From a virus (Duplodnaviria; Caudoviricetes), in IMG/VR virus record IMGVR_UViG_3300037067_007090, positions 1-64,000 of that record: a stretch of 64,000 bases of DNA, one strand, 5' to 3'. The translations under genes were made by a program, and so were the position numbers. Shown piece after piece: positions 63,488-64,000 of this stretch; positions within the stretch are counted from its first letter, which is position 1; each line of letters begins with the position of its first letter. Under the pieces are notes generated by a model. It was not told the DNA's origin and ran no database searches. It saw only the letters and a program-made list of their open reading frames with translations.

Positions 63488-63709
63488 ATGAATCATAAAA
63501 CAAAAGGAAACGATACTCTCCGCCAACGGTTAAAATTATTTTTAAATAAAATACCTAGTGGGAAAGAAATCGAAACAAATCACTTGGTCATGGAACTTTC
63601 AAAACTCAATAAGAATTATTCTTTGAATTCAGCGCGCGTAACTAATCTTTTAAAAGAAAACCGAGAAGTCGTTAGATTTATTAGATCTGGGATTTGGTTG
63701 AAACTATAA
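63488..63709 (+). CDS. small basic winged-helix-like hypothetical protein
   Basis: Coupled ORF ending GIWLKL. Confidence 0.4.
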   Translation: MNHKTKGNDTLRQRLKLFLNKIPSGKEIETNHLVMELSKLNKNYSLNSARVTNLLKENREVVRFIRSGIWLKL

Positions 63710-63771
63710 AATTTAACCTTCAACCGAAAAGTATAAGTAATTATGAGTTTATATAAAAAGTGGGAATTTAT

Positions 63772-64000
63772 ATGAAGTCAAAATACATTATGATTTTTAT
63801 AGCATTGCTTGTTAGTGCTATCTGTATTGCTGGATGTATAAATAATACTCCTACACCAACTGTAGTAACTGTTAAAGAAATCGGGCAACCTGCTCTACTA
63901 TATTCATATCCAACTACAATACCCACGGTGCCCACCCCTGCTCCTATAATAAAATCTGTTTCTGGATATTCGTCGCGTGGAACAAGCGAAGTAATTATAC
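63772..64000 (+). CDS. lipoprotein (truncated by window end)
   Basis: MKSKYIMIFIALLVSAICIAGC lipobox, PT-rich. Confidence 0.6.
   Translation, partial: MKSKYIMIFIALLVSAICIAGCINNTPTPTVVTVKEIGQPALLYSYPTTIPTVPTPAPIIKSVSGYSSRGTSEVII

Noticed and set aside
338-63526. Numerous antisense or overlapping ORFs in the six-frame track (e.g. 9794-10325 over the tRNAs, 19317-19748, 37683-37988)
   Set aside because: They overlap better-supported genes or tRNAs on the other strand or frame and lack RBS, coupling and recognisable motifs.

Overview
This is an AT-rich, gene-dense segment of a large archaeal virus or virus-like extrachromosomal element, probably of a methanogen. That host is inferred from archaeal TATA promoters, GGAGG/GAGGTG ribosome-binding sites, CCA-less tRNAs, a euryarchaeal-type PolB and Methanomicrobiales-style lipoproteins. 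No terminase, portal or HK97 capsid gene is visible. A host-codon-optimised two-helix protein (8923-9261) resembles the major capsid protein of spindle-shaped archaeal viruses. The window also holds a radical SAM/SPASM gene followed by five tandem, otherwise unrelated ORFs that share the N-terminal tag MKxRxGFVSNSSS(S/T)SF, which is the top candidate for an undescribed system. Other contents: an IbrA/IbrB-like pair; four NUMOD3/HNH endonucleases; nine tRNA-like genes (five Leu, two Ser, one Thr, one with a TGC anticodon); PolB with a LAGLIDADG intein in Exo II; a class II ribonucleotide reductase whose catalytic Cys codon is split by a group I intron; a glycosylation cluster with a B12 radical SAM enzyme that carries an HNH intein inside its CxxxCxxC motif; two DNA methyltransferases; a phage-type recombination/replication module with a probable iteron origin; a promoter-proximal ACGCGT motif; and a strong excess of GCGCGC. 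All family calls come from motif recognition by eye, and no database searches were run. Several single-base homopolymer indels suggest assembly errors.
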